Origin: Thalia democratica
Taxonomy: Eukaryota
Reading direction: 5' to 3'
Assembly: GCA_965202585.1 (NCBI GenBank)
Contig: OZ241827.1
Coordinates: forward strand, 72,106,001 to 72,170,000
Length of the DNA: 64,000 nucleotides
Part shown: piece after piece, positions 51,931 to 64,000 of the stretch
How the letters are laid out: each line of letters starts with the position of its first letter
Position numbering within the stretch: the stretch's first letter is position 1
Translations under genes and position numbers: made by a program
Notes under the pieces: model-generated
What the model saw: the letters and a program-made list of their open reading frames with translations, nothing else
Told to the model about the DNA's origin: nothing
Databases searched by the model: none

Positions 51931-54900
51931 TTATTCAATATATTATACAGTTTAAACATTGGGTACTTATTTTATTTAAACTGAACTTTAGTCAATCGGC
52001 AAAAGAAGCTTATCAATATAGCCTAAAGAACAAAGGAACAATGCGAGAAATTTTTGAAGAAGTACAAACAAATCACGTCTTCACTATTAACAACTATCCA
52101 GCAAAAGAGGACCGGACCAAAGATGAACAAGTTTATTATGCTGTATTGGTGAGCTTACATTTTAAAATGTTTTGATTGTTTAGTAAATGATTTAATAGAT
52201 TTATTTCAGCATGCAGAGAAACTCAAATTTAGAGAAACAGGCACAACGTCATTAAGCCAGTTTAAAACTAAACTGGCAGAAACAGTATATAGATTAGAAG
52301 TTATTTTTTATAAATGGATAATAATAACCTTTAAGAAATTTTTAATTCATTTTTAGATCCAGCTCAACCAAAGGTCAGGACAGTCACCATGGTGCTAATA
52401 CTAAGACTAATTCTAAACTATCCCTTGATAAGATGCGAATAAGCAGTCAACAGAATAAGACAGGCACTCTTTACTTGAAGACCTTAGGAATTGGTAGTTA
52501 TTGGTGAGTTGAGCACTGATAATATTTTTAATAAACAAAATTGACCAACTAAACAGCACAAAATTAACTTTTCAAGTATAAACTTGACAGATCTCCTTTG
52601 AGACTCCACAAAAACAGTTAAAATTTTAAGTTTACTATGTTTATGTTTACATGAGATGTATGTTTTGTCATTAGACTGCGTTTTACTATGATAAGATGTT
52701 AATTGAAAGAAAAAAAAAATGAATTGTTGAACATAAATCTACCTAACTCAATCTAAGAAAACTTTTAAGAACTACATTTCACAGTTCTAAACTTTATAAA
52801 AGACAAAAGAATTTCAACAGTTTTTCATGTTTATTAAATAAAATTAATCATTTCACTTAACTTCAATAAAATTCTAAATTTTGTTATGTAAAATCAACAA
52901 GTAAAGATACTACTAGTGCATAAACCGTTTTAGGTAAAGTGAGCAAAAAATACTAGCTAGCTTTTTAAACAAAACAATTTGAGAGAACAAAAATAATGTA
53001 GTAAGCCTAAGACATTTGGATGTACATGGTTTCTGGCTTTCAGTAGCAAATGAAATTGGTTAGAAATGTTTACTCAATAAAAGCACTTTTGTATTATGAC
53101 GTATTAGGTAAACTATCTTAAAATTTTTAGTTTAAAATTTGAGCGCGAACTTAAGTGCTTGTACGAAAATGTACTTATTTCAAATTTAAGCTTTTTCAGA
53201 GATTTGTTGATCAGTAGTTTTGCAGATTTATTTTAAGTCGAACAACTACTTTTAGTGGAGATGTTATACTCGTGAAGTCGTAGTTTTTTAAAACAAAAAA
53301 TTGCTAAATCAAAACTAGTTTTTAAAGTATTCTACTTTGTTTTGTTTTCAATTTTGAAATAATTAATTGCCTGTATAATTTTTAGTACCTCGTTAAATTT
53401 TAACTACATTAATTTAAAAACATCTGACTTTAAACTCAAATTCCACAAACTTATATGAAGTTAAATGATTCTATTTATTACTGATCTCCCATTATTTTTG
53501 GATCCGGTTGATCACGTTTGGGGTTAATATAAGTATTTGTACATATTTGATACTTTTAAAACATATCTATTTTTTAATGTTCGAATTTTGTAAACTCGTT
53601 TTTATGTTTTGGCAGTGAAATATTAAAATTAAAGAACTATATTAAGATTTAGTATTTGTATATTTTAAGAAGAAAAAAATAACTCGGCAAACTCACAAAC
53701 CCGCCAATAAAACTATCAAGTCTTGCTTCTAACTTTTATTGACGCAATGATGTTTCTAACACTTTTAGTGACGTAGCAATAAAAACGTAATTGTTTTGAG
53801 AAACACGCTATGATATATAAAAACTTCTACATTTAAGAAATTAGATGAATCTTTTTCTCATATACTCTTTTACCTAAACTTTTAAAGCTGTTATTAAACA
53901 GCTGATCTTACTTAATGGGTACGAGCCTTGTTGTAATGTAACGGTGTTTGCCCAAGAGATATTTGACGAGTTAGCAAAATAAGCAATAAAATTACAATTT
54001 TGTAAATGCTAATAAAAATTAAATAGTTAATACCTGATAGATTGAGGTAAAATGAAATTAACCTTATACAATAAAAAACTATAAAAAGTATGAAAAAAAT
54101 TAAGTATACTTAAATAAACTTTAAAGTTTAAATATTTAATCTAATGGGATTTTTCAGAAAAGTTTTAAGACTTGCGTATTTATACTTTTTAGTTTACATA
54201 TATAGTAAAACCAAATAATAGTTAAAATAAAATTAAAATTGATTACTTATTATTTTTAAATTTTAATTTTTCTATGAATAAATTTTTACTATAAGTAATT
54301 AAAACATTAAAACTAATTAGTAAAAATCATGTGATAGTTGTTATTAAAAAGACTTTTAGTACAAATTAAATAACCAAAGAAACACAAATTAAGTGTAAAA
54401 AGTATTTAATGATTTAAAAAATAATTTAATTGTCTTAGTTACTGATTTCAACAAGATTTAAAATAAATTTTATTTAACTTTTTTAATATTTGGTTACTTT
54501 TAAAACTATTCAAAACTATTCAGCTGTTTCAAAAAGGAGTTCAAAATTTCTTACACTAATTTTATAAAATGTGAGGCAGAAACTATAAGTTGTTCTTCAA
54601 TTATGTTATAGATTAAAGTATACACTTTGATATAAGCAGTAGTATAAAGTAACTTGAAAAATGAAATAACATAACTTTCAAGAGTCAAATCTAAAGTGCT
54701 AAAACTTAACACAATTACTTTAAAAAACAAAAAGTTTTTTTTTAGTCGTTCTATATTTTTATTATTTTTTTGAGAGGTTATTTTCTTTCTTTTAGTTAAA
54801 TAAGAAATTTTTTTCTTCATTAAAAAAAGAACACTTGTTTTGCTAATCATGTTATATAGAAATTTGTTTAATATTAGATTATGTTTAAATTTGAAGTAAC

Positions 54901-55381
54901 AATCGTTTTATTTTAATTTAAGTTAGTATTTATAATTTAAAGAAAATAGATGTTGTTTTAGTATAAGCTGATATTTATCATATACAAAGTCTGAGTGGAT
55001 AATCATAAACTTCAATTACTGACTTTAAAAGAACGTTTTTAAATGAAAATAGGATTTACTAATAACAAAGTTATAACAAAATATCTTTATTAAAAACACA
55101 ACAATAATTTACTAAATTGTTAAGAAGAAAACTATTGAAATTTTTATTTTTTTCAATCTTTATTTATACGATATCAGGTACTTACGCTTTTAAAATCAAG
55201 AAACTTTAATTTTAGGTTAATTAAACATGTTTGCTTTTAAGATTTGCTGTACAACTTTCCTCATTATACAACCGATATTCAATTCGAAGATTTCTAAAGT
55301 AAGTTTTTTTTGTTTGTTGTTTCAATTTGTTTCAAGTTGTACGATCACAAGAATGTTATATATAAATAGTTTCACTTGGTG

Positions 55382-55424
55382 TAGTTTGTAAACGACTTAT
55401 AAATTCGTAGTCGTTTACAAACTA
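55382..55424. repeat. Perfect 16-bp inverted repeat with 11-nt loop
   Basis: TAGTTTGTAAACGACT ... AGTCGTTTACAAACTA. Confidence 0.9.
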
Positions 55425-55591
55425 AGTAATTTACGCAGTAGAAGCAAGTAATTCAAACAAGATTTTTTTTTGCAATTTACTACATATATACTGTATGTTA
55501 TAGGAATAGTTTTGTTAAAAAGATTTGGTCGATAGCGCTCGACAATTTGAATAGCAGCTAAATGTTTAGTGATTATATAAAAATCAATAGG

Positions 55592-55761
55592 TTTATACGA
55601 CTGTTTCATATATGAGATATATTACCTAATATACTCATCTGTAAAGCGAAAGTTTATTACTAATTAACTAATTATTATTAACTATTACTAAGCTAATAAA
55701 CTTTCGCTCTACTGATGAGTATATGAGGTAATATATCTTATTCATGAAACGGTCGTATAAA
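55592..55761. repeat. Foldback inverted repeat, ~68-bp arms and ~35-nt AT-rich loop
   Basis: TTTATACGACTGTTTCAT...GCGAAAGTTTATTA versus the reverse complement of the right arm: about 7 mismatches by manual alignment. Confidence 0.85.
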
Positions 55762-58700
55762 ACAATTGCTTATTATATGATCAAATAAATACTGTATGTC
55801 TATATTTTATATTTATTTATATTCTTAAAATCAAATGTAAATTAATTGAAGTTAACTATAGAAACTATCTAAAACATTTTTTTTAAATTGCAAATCTATG
55901 ACAAGTCAAATGATTGAAAATCGTTACAGAAGATTTAAGTAGTTTTTCTTTTTGAAGGTATTTAATAATAATTACAGTTATTTTCAACATAAACAGCACA
56001 GCGAAATGATTTGGTTGAAAGAAATTACAAAGGATGCGGCAATTTCACTCATCACAAAGACCTGATCACTTACCTTTCGGGACTTTATAATTTTCCTAAA
56101 GACTTCCTCATGTATTCAGGATACCTGACTGCAAAAAGTCAAAAAAAAAAAGAAATTACACCACTGGTATCTTGTTTTTGTTACTTTTTTGAGTTTTTTA
56201 TGAACTTATAAATGTAAAATAAGTTCTTTAACATTCACTGATAAACTTAAACAATAGAAAAAAATAGTACTTTATTGATTTGTAATATAGAAAAATTAGT
56301 TGTTTTATTTATTAGCGGTTGTATTATTATTTGGTTTACAGAAAAATACAGAGTTTAAAATATTTAAATAACTATTTTTCATTATTATTCATAAATTAAA
56401 ATATTAGCCATTTATTCAACTTTATCTAAAATGTAAAATTACGATTATTCTTTTTACTTCTTTTTGACTTTGTTGATATTTTTTTTGGTAAGCATTTAAA
56501 TTCAGTAACACTATCACAGTTTTAGTTCTACAAAAACGATTATTCACTTACTATAGTTAAATCAATTAAATGCTTAAATAGTAATAAGTAAATTTTCCTG
56601 TTAACAATGAAGCAAATAAAATTTTCAGGTTAAACACTGGAGAATGTGGTAGTGAAAAGAAATTGATTGTTTATTTAAACGGAGGTCCCGATTTAGTTCA
56701 TTATTCGGTTTCCTGATGGGAAACGGTCCTTTCATTGTATATTTTGATAAATCTTACTATATCTTTAATTATTTTTTTTATTTAAAAAAGGTTTTTGTGT
56801 GCTTAGAACCGACAAAATCAAGTCTTTGTCATTTAAACAAACTTACACTTATTTTATGAAACCTGGTAAACCAACTTAGACAGCAAACTTTTAGCACAAC
56901 CCTTACATAAAACGTTATAAATTTGTTAACTAAGTAAATAATTCTATATCAACTATAAATCTTAAAAAAGTACACTTTCTTAACTTAAAAAATTTTACTA
57001 AAAACTTTTATTCGGTTTTAAGAGATACTTGGTTATAAAATTAGGTTAGCTTTTGGCACCTCTTAAAGTTATCAAAAAATTAAAAAAAAAAAAAAAGATA
57101 GACGAAGAAAACCCAGGAAAGTTGAAAACAAACAAATATTCATGGAACAAAATGGCCCATACGTTGCACATAGAAGCTCCATTAGGTGTGGGATTTTCAC
57201 ATCATGAATCAAACGAAAATGTCAACCAATCCGATGACAGTGTTTGTTGCTGTAGTTGCTACTTAATTGTAATCTTTGTTTATTCTTGTGATAATCGAAA
57301 ATGTTAAAATGTTCAAGTTTGACTTCTGAAATTAAACTAATAAAGCTCTTATTGAGTTATTAACAGAAAGTTATAAAGTATTTACAATGTTATAAGCAAT
57401 AAACAACTATATTATTTTATATGTATACTTTCCGTGAAGCATTTGTAAGTAACTTCAAAAAGACAACCTCGGATTTACTGCACGCTTTAGAAGACTTTAT
57501 GAAGGTTCACCCCCACTACAGAGAATACGATTCGTATTTGGCGGGAAACAGTTATGCAGGGATTTACATTCCCATAATTGCTAATAGATTGGTTGAAAAA
57601 AATTCAACATTAGCTAAAAACTTTAAAGTTAGTTTAAAAAATAAGTTATAATGAAAACTTTAAGCTGTAATTTCGTATTAAGTATATTTTGGAAATTTTT
57701 TAGCTTGCGTTTCATTATCAAAAAAAATACAGGGAATTATGTTAGGAAATCCTTACCTTTACATTCCAATGATTCCCAACTTAAGCTTGCTTGGTCATGT
57801 GGAACAATTAACAGTAAGCTGTTTAAATCGATGACAAAAAATGACTGTTTCAATGTAAACCCGAGTCCCTTTTCAAAACGAAATTTAACTGAAGTGGAAG
57901 AAATATGTGGTGAGATATGTTGCATGTTTACTTTTAACTTTTGAATTTGTTTACTTACCTAGTACACTTTGGTGAAGTAAATCCATAAAGTTATATATCA
58001 GATATAAAGTATAATAGTACTTTCGAAAAACTTTTATATAATTCTTTCTAGAAATAAATGAGTTTTATTATTTTGTTACTTCGATTGATATAGTTAAAAA
58101 TGTAGAAGTTAAGAATTGTCATAACAAATGATTACACTATTTAACAATTATTAAATTGTGGAAAACAAATTAGAAATATTATGATTTGGCTTTATATAAG
58201 TGTATATACTATAAGGAAAGTGTGGTACAAATTATTATAATAAATTGTATAAGCAAGTTTTTAAACAGCGAAAAGAGTGGTATTCCAGCGCAGGAAGCGG
58301 TAAATTAGATAGATACAACATTAACAACCAGTGTTGGGTTAGATTTTGTAATTTTGGAAATTTTTATAAACATTTTTTTTCAAGAAATGTCATATTTTTT
58401 TCTGTAATTTTAAATGAATATATGCCAGATGGTTTAAATAATAATTTTTTTCTTCCAATGGAAGCGTTTCTTTCGAAAATCAAAAGTTTGACAAAATATG
58501 CCGAATATAAAAAAAGTGAGGTTTGGTAGGTGGAAATTCCTAAAACTCTCGAAGATTACGATTTGTTCAACTACACTGGTGATTATAACCTCACTGAGGA
58601 GGATCTGAATTATTTATATGAAAGTGATTCATTGGAAGAATTAGATGAAACTACAAGTGGGGTGTCTGAGTGGGTATGAAATGAGTTATTATAACTTAAT

Positions 58701-61700
58701 ATCTGTAGTTTAATTTTAAATATTCATAAAGTTTATTACTTTTTTAGTCGTTCCCGGATAAGGACTGTAAAAGAAAATCAAACGAATTCTTAGAACAATA
58801 TTTAAGTAAAGAAGAAGTACAAAAAGTAATCATGCTGATAGAGTTTCTTCATGGGCTATTTGCAACTATCACTTTTTTTTAATATGAAATTAAAAATGTA
58901 ATTAGTTGATAAGTATAAATTGTTTTTGCAATCAAATAATTTAGAATTTATTAACAACTGCCTTTATGATTATTTTTCATTTATTGAAGTGTTTTACTAA
59001 CAATTACAATTAATACCAATAGATAGTTATTTTAATCGGTTTAAGTACTTTTTCAGTAAATAATTTTTATAAAAGAAACAAATAGTAAACTTTTATTTAG
59101 CATGAAAGTAAACAGAGGATTTAGATATCAATATGATGACATAATAATCAAGTTAACAATCTTTTGAAGAATTTTGTAAGTTTCTAATAAATTTGTTTCA
59201 AATGTTTTTTTTAAATTATTTAATATTACAGTCGAAAACTGTGCTTATGTTTTATGGGGACAGCGACTTTTACTTGAACTTCTTTGGAGGTGAAGATTTT
59301 ATCAGAAAGCTTGGTTTCGATGTAGGTAATATAAATCTTCCATTTTAGTACGGGTTAATTTTGATTAAGTTAACTTAAAAAAGTTGTTCTTTTGTAGGGT
59401 TTAAACTTAAAGCAGAAAATAAATCTATAATACGTTTTGTTATCACATATGCTTTGTTAATATGTATAAGTAGTCAGAAACAGTTTTAGTGTCGTTTATC
59501 TTTGTTAAAGAACATACTTTCAGTACTAGCGTCATAACAGCTAGCTGTTTAAAAGTGCTTACTCGTTGCTTGTATAAATAACCAATCAAACTATGACAGT
59601 TTTTAAAACTGTCATAAAATTGCTTAAAGGAAATTAAAGCTTAAACACAAGTATTGCAAACGCAAAAAATATTTATTTTCATCAGTTTATATAATTCCGT
59701 AGAAAAGTACAAATAATGTAACACAAAGTTTAACACCACCGTTGTAGTTTAGTTTTTTTCTAATTCTTTCTAAAGTAAAATTCATTCATTTTGTAAATTA
59801 TCAAACATTATTTTACAGTCTACCACCAGGAAAGCATTCAGTATAAAACGAAGCAATATGGTAAGCATCGGAGGTTATTATGAGGAATATTTTGGTGGAA
59901 ACTCAAGTACGCCATCGTATGGGTGAAATATTTAATTTGATATTTAGCTGCTAATAAAGTTGTTTTGAAAATGTGTATATAAAATTACACAAACAATTTA
60001 AATCAAATAAAGTTAAGACAATTGACGTTTAATTTCAAGAACCCGTACCACAAAACTGTTTAGTTGAATATTTTTTTTGACTCGTAAGTTTTGGATTAAG
60101 TTTCGGCCTTTGTTTTTTATATAAGAGTAAACTTTGTAAATATTATAAATATTATAGTAATCTATGGTTAAAAATTTTTTACAAATTTAAACTACATGAC
60201 AAAAATTTAAAGCTTTAAATTTAAGTAGTACTATTTAGTTTAACTAAATAATCAAAAGTATTAGCAGTCTGAATGATAAAGTATAAAGTAACTATACTAA
60301 TGTTTATTATCTGTATAAATACATCTACTTATAAATTTTATTTTATTTACAGGGTGCGGGACACAGTAGTATGATAGACAAGCCGGAAGAAGTTTTTACT
60401 TTAATCAAAAACTTCATTTCACAGAAAAATTAATTGTTTTTTCATTCTTTCAATTATACAACTTTAATCTTTTATTAAAGGAATTTATAAAACTTTATTG
60501 TTAATACACAATTTATAGTTGAGTTTCAAAAACTAGCAATCACAATTATTTATTTACCAGTTTGTGTTTTTGTAAAAGTTTCAAAACTTTTGAGTTCTTA
60601 TTTTTGTAATGAAAAAACACTTTATTAATTTATTTCTTAATTTCTGATATAAATGTATCATTATCTGTAAAAACTTTTTTAAATGTAAGTTCTCAAATTA
60701 AAAGTAATTAAACTTGATCGGTGCTAAAATTGTGTTTAAATATGAAGGAAAAGTTTGATCTAACTACTAATTTCTAACTTTTAACCACTGTACTGTTTTA
60801 TTCTAAACAATATATTCAATTGTACATTTATAAAACGATAATTAAGGTGATTGTTACATTTCAGTATCTAGTTTATTCAACACAATAAAATTACAATTTT
60901 CATTATATTTTTCTAAAAAGTCCTTTTTCAAAATAAAACAAAAGTTTGTGCTAAAATTTAGTTCTTGTAAAAGTGTCAATTTTTAGATGTTAACAAAAAT
61001 TTTTAATTAAGATTATTTTTTTGTAATTTATATGCACACTGTTCCACAGCTTTCAAATTCTTAAGAACCAATTTTATTAAATCAGTAAATTTATAATCGG
61101 AAAATTTTATTTTAATTTGAATACACAAGTAGATGCAAAGTTAGTAATTAAAAAGTAACACTCAACTTTCAGTAAATGCTTATTATAGTTTTAGATACAA
61201 AAACAAACTTTGAGAATTTAAATATTTATTTATGTGCTTTTGTTTATTAATTACTTAATGAATATTTTTTTGAAGTTACAGTTATTATAAAGGTTAATAG
61301 AAAAAAAGAAATATAAAAAGACTAAGCTTTAGAAAAAAAATATTTTAAAAACTAATCTTATTAAGCATAATTGACCAGACTTTTCATCATTTTTTTCTTT
61401 ATTATGTTTAAAAATGTTATGATTTTATACGTCCAATAAAACAATAAGTAGAGATGTTTAAGTCAAAGTGTTTTTTATAATTATTGTTGTTTTATTTTGA
61501 TGAAATAGTTAAATTAAAAGTAGAGAGCATTTAAATACAGTAAGACATTAATCAAACTTTTTCTTTCGAATATTAAGCTTTTAAAAAGAATACTGTTTGT
61601 TATAAAAGTTTTTGATCTAAAATAAATCTCATTCAAAACTTGTTCAAACATAAAATGTTTCACTACCAAACTTTTAACTCTTTTTTTAGTTTATATCTTT

Positions 61701-63561
61701 AAAAAACATACCTTTGAAGTAAAAACTATTTTAACCAAAAAATCTTTACAATAAACTATAGAACTAGTATTATTTTAAAGCATATCATTGTAATACTTAG
61801 AAAATAGTTGTAAAACAGACTTTATTAAACACAAATTACTTTTTGTTTTATTTTTCTGTAACGTATAGTTCTTCAAATAAACTATATTGATTAGTTATTA
61901 CTAAAAAAATACAAAGGCTTATTTTAATGATCTTTGATTTAAATTATTACCTTACAAAAAATTCAATAATTCAAAGAATTAATTTACAAAGCAATTTTTT
62001 ACCCTGTAATTTTATTTCATTATAGTTAAATTTCAAAGTATTTGCATAAGCACACATAAAAATATTAACACTTACCTTAAAACTACTAACTATACTACAA
62101 AAAAGTTAATAAAAGATAGTGAAACATATACAAATTTATTATTTGCATAACAATAAACCCCATAACGATGCAAGCTAATACTTTAACATTATTTAATGAA
62201 TAACCGGTTATTAAACACGTTTTGTTTGTTGTTTATTAGTTATTTATCAATAAAAGTTTAAAAGTATTTTTTTAAATACAGTAGAAATTGTTTGATAAGG
62301 TTTAATTTTACTTGTATCAGCTAAAAGTTCTTAACTTTAGTTACTCTTACTTTGTGTTAATTTTAGTTCATTGTTACTGTTAACATAAAATAGCTAAAAT
62401 CCGTATGTGTTTTATAATTAATCAAATCGTATTAGTAAAAACTTTTTAACTAACTTTATTGATTTTCTTATAGAAATTCGATCATTAGTATTTGTGAAAG
62501 CCTGTTTATACTTTATAAAATGTTTTGTACCTTAAGTCATAACTAAAAAATTGAAAACAAACGTAAAGTTAACTAAAATTAGTTAGTATCAGATAGTTGT
62601 ATTTACTTTATAGTTGGTAAAGTATTTGTTTAGTTATTATTAATCTTGTAACATATCAGTAGATAGCCAAAATGTCTATAGCTAACATAGTAGTTAGTTC
62701 CAAATTTTGATGAGTTCGTTTAAGTAATATATAATAGATGAATAGAGTTACAATTTTTTATAAAAATGTTAACTTTCACTGTTAGTTTAAAAATTATCTT
62801 GATTTTACACGCAGAGGTTTTCAATCTATGCTTTGAACAAGTCAAGTTAGCATTTGTTATATCATTAAACTTTTTGCTGTAGATAAACTGGGTATTCATA
62901 TGTTACAAATGATTGTGAAAAAAAAAATCATTTGTTTCTAGCTATAAAAATTCGTTTTAATATAAATTTTTAATTGTTTAACAATATAGTTTGATCGATA
63001 GAGAATTACGCAGAAAACTAATAATTTTAAAAACTTATAATAATTTTAACAGACATCTAGGATCACAGTTCAAACCGGAAACAAATTATCAAAAGTTTTT
63101 AAACCGTTAATTACTGTTATGTAGAGCTTATAGTTTTGACTTTGTTACACATAAATAAGTATTAAACTTTGGGTTTGCTATTGATAAGAATTTTTTGGAT
63201 ATACATTTTTTTAGCAAACACGAAATAACTACTTAATTTAATAACTAATTGATTAATACTGATATACTTTACTTTAAAATACGGTGCTTTTTAAAACCAA
63301 CCAAGCCTACATTTGTTTTTATGTCCTTTTGAAATGCACTTTTGCCTATAATATTGTCTAACATTTGTAAGTGAATCATTTGGTTTTTATATTATGTTAG
63401 AAGTAATTTATACTAAACTTAGCATAAAATCAAGCACCTTAATAATAAATTTATTTGACATTTGGTTTTACCGTTTTATATATCAAAAGTAAAACATTTG
63501 AAAAATATAAATGATTTGCGATATATCTTGTTCCAGATATTTTGTTTATTAAATTAGTATC

Positions 63562-64000
63562 ATGAGTTCAAACAGTACCACTAACAACAATGAGTCTTCA
63601 AATTTTAGTGACAAGGATTCACTTGTTAACCAAGGTACTCCTAGTAACCAAGATTCTCCTAGTAACCAAGGTTTTCCTAGTAACCAAGTCACTCCTAGTA
63701 ACCAAGTAGCTTTTAGTAACCAATGTGCTCCTAGTGACCAAGAAGCTCCTAGTATCCAAGACACTCTAAGTAACCAAGGTGCTCCTAGTAACCAAGAAAC
63801 TCCATATAACCAAGGCGTTCCAAATCACCACAGTTTTCATGGTTACCAAGGTTCTACCATGACTACGAACACTCCTCCTGTAACCACCTTGCGGATGAAA
63901 CCTGTTGCTAGGGAGCAAAGGAGAGCGAATCCGCTACCTGGCGCCCTCGGACATCACGGAACAGGTTACTTGTCTGCGACTAGAAAGAAAGAGGAAAGTG
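63562..64000 (+). CDS. Uncharacterised low-complexity protein with PSNQxx hexapeptide repeats; open to the window end
   Basis: ATG at 63562, 146 codons with no stop: MSSNSTTNNNESSNFSDKDSLVNQGTPSNQDSPSNQGFPSNQ...MTTNTPPVTTLRMKPVAREQRRANPLPGALGHHGTGYLSATRKKEES. Absent from the ORF track because there is no stop in the window. Confidence 0.7.
   Translation, partial: MSSNSTTNNNESSNFSDKDSLVNQGTPSNQDSPSNQGFPSNQVTPSNQVAFSNQCAPSDQEAPSIQDTLSNQGAPSNQETPYNQGVPNHHSFHGYQGSTMTTNTPPVTTLRMKPVAREQRRANPLPGALGHHGTGYLSATRKKEES
63622..63819 (+). repeat. 18-bp coding minisatellite, ~11 units (consensus CCT AGT AAC CAA Gnn nnT)
   Basis: Units read directly in frame; two further degenerate units extend to ~63855. 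Confidence 0.9.

Larger units (their letters stand above)
55227..60433 (+). pseudogene. Multi-exon serine carboxypeptidase (peptidase S10, cathepsin A-like) with at least 4 frameshifts
   Basis: Ordered motifs in GT-AG-bounded exons: DLITYLSGL..YSGYL (56060-56130), LIVYLNGGP/SSLFG..NGPF (56660-56735), YSWNK..IEAPLGVGFS (57135-57200), GNSYAGIYIP (Ser 57550), GIMLGNP, YGDSD (59253-59267), GAGH..DKP (His 60362), stop 60431-60433. The signal-peptide exon 55227-55298 is less certain. Confidence 0.8.

Noticed and set aside
60434-63561. Long AT-rich stretch (also 52600-55200)
   Set aside because: No ORF, repeat termini or periodicity detected by eye; treated as ordinary intergenic DNA.
63622-63819. 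18-bp direct repeats as a CRISPR array (also 10515-10610, 41450-41545)
   Set aside because: Units are contiguous, with only 5-6 variable nt and no 25-45-nt spacers; they are frame-preserving coding repeats in eukaryotic DNA with no cas genes.

Overview
Very AT-rich eukaryotic (metazoan-looking) genomic DNA with spliceosomal introns and DNA-transposon MITEs. There is no prokaryotic, rRNA, intact tRNA or CRISPR signal. The window is dominated by a rearranged tandem cluster of a single-coding-exon kelch-repeat gene family: three full-length loci (1591-3004, 25995-27358, 32517-33930), each broken by one frameshift, plus seven truncated fragments. These proteins lack BTB/BACK. They begin with a ~30-aa basic leader that by eye resembles the histone H4 tail and helix alpha1, and end in a Ser/acidic tail with a c-Myc-type NLS. 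Positions 1-~16753 are repeated almost identically at 30927-~47679 (offset ~30.93 kb), with the boundary inside degenerate Mutator-like transposase remnants. Also present are several hAT and MULE-like MITEs with clear TSDs, a probable solo LTR, a multi-exon serine carboxypeptidase (S10) gene carrying several frameshifts (~55227-60433), two foldback hairpins, and an ORF with 18-bp (PSNQxx) repeats that runs off the right end. All homology calls come from manual motif recognition; no database searches were run.
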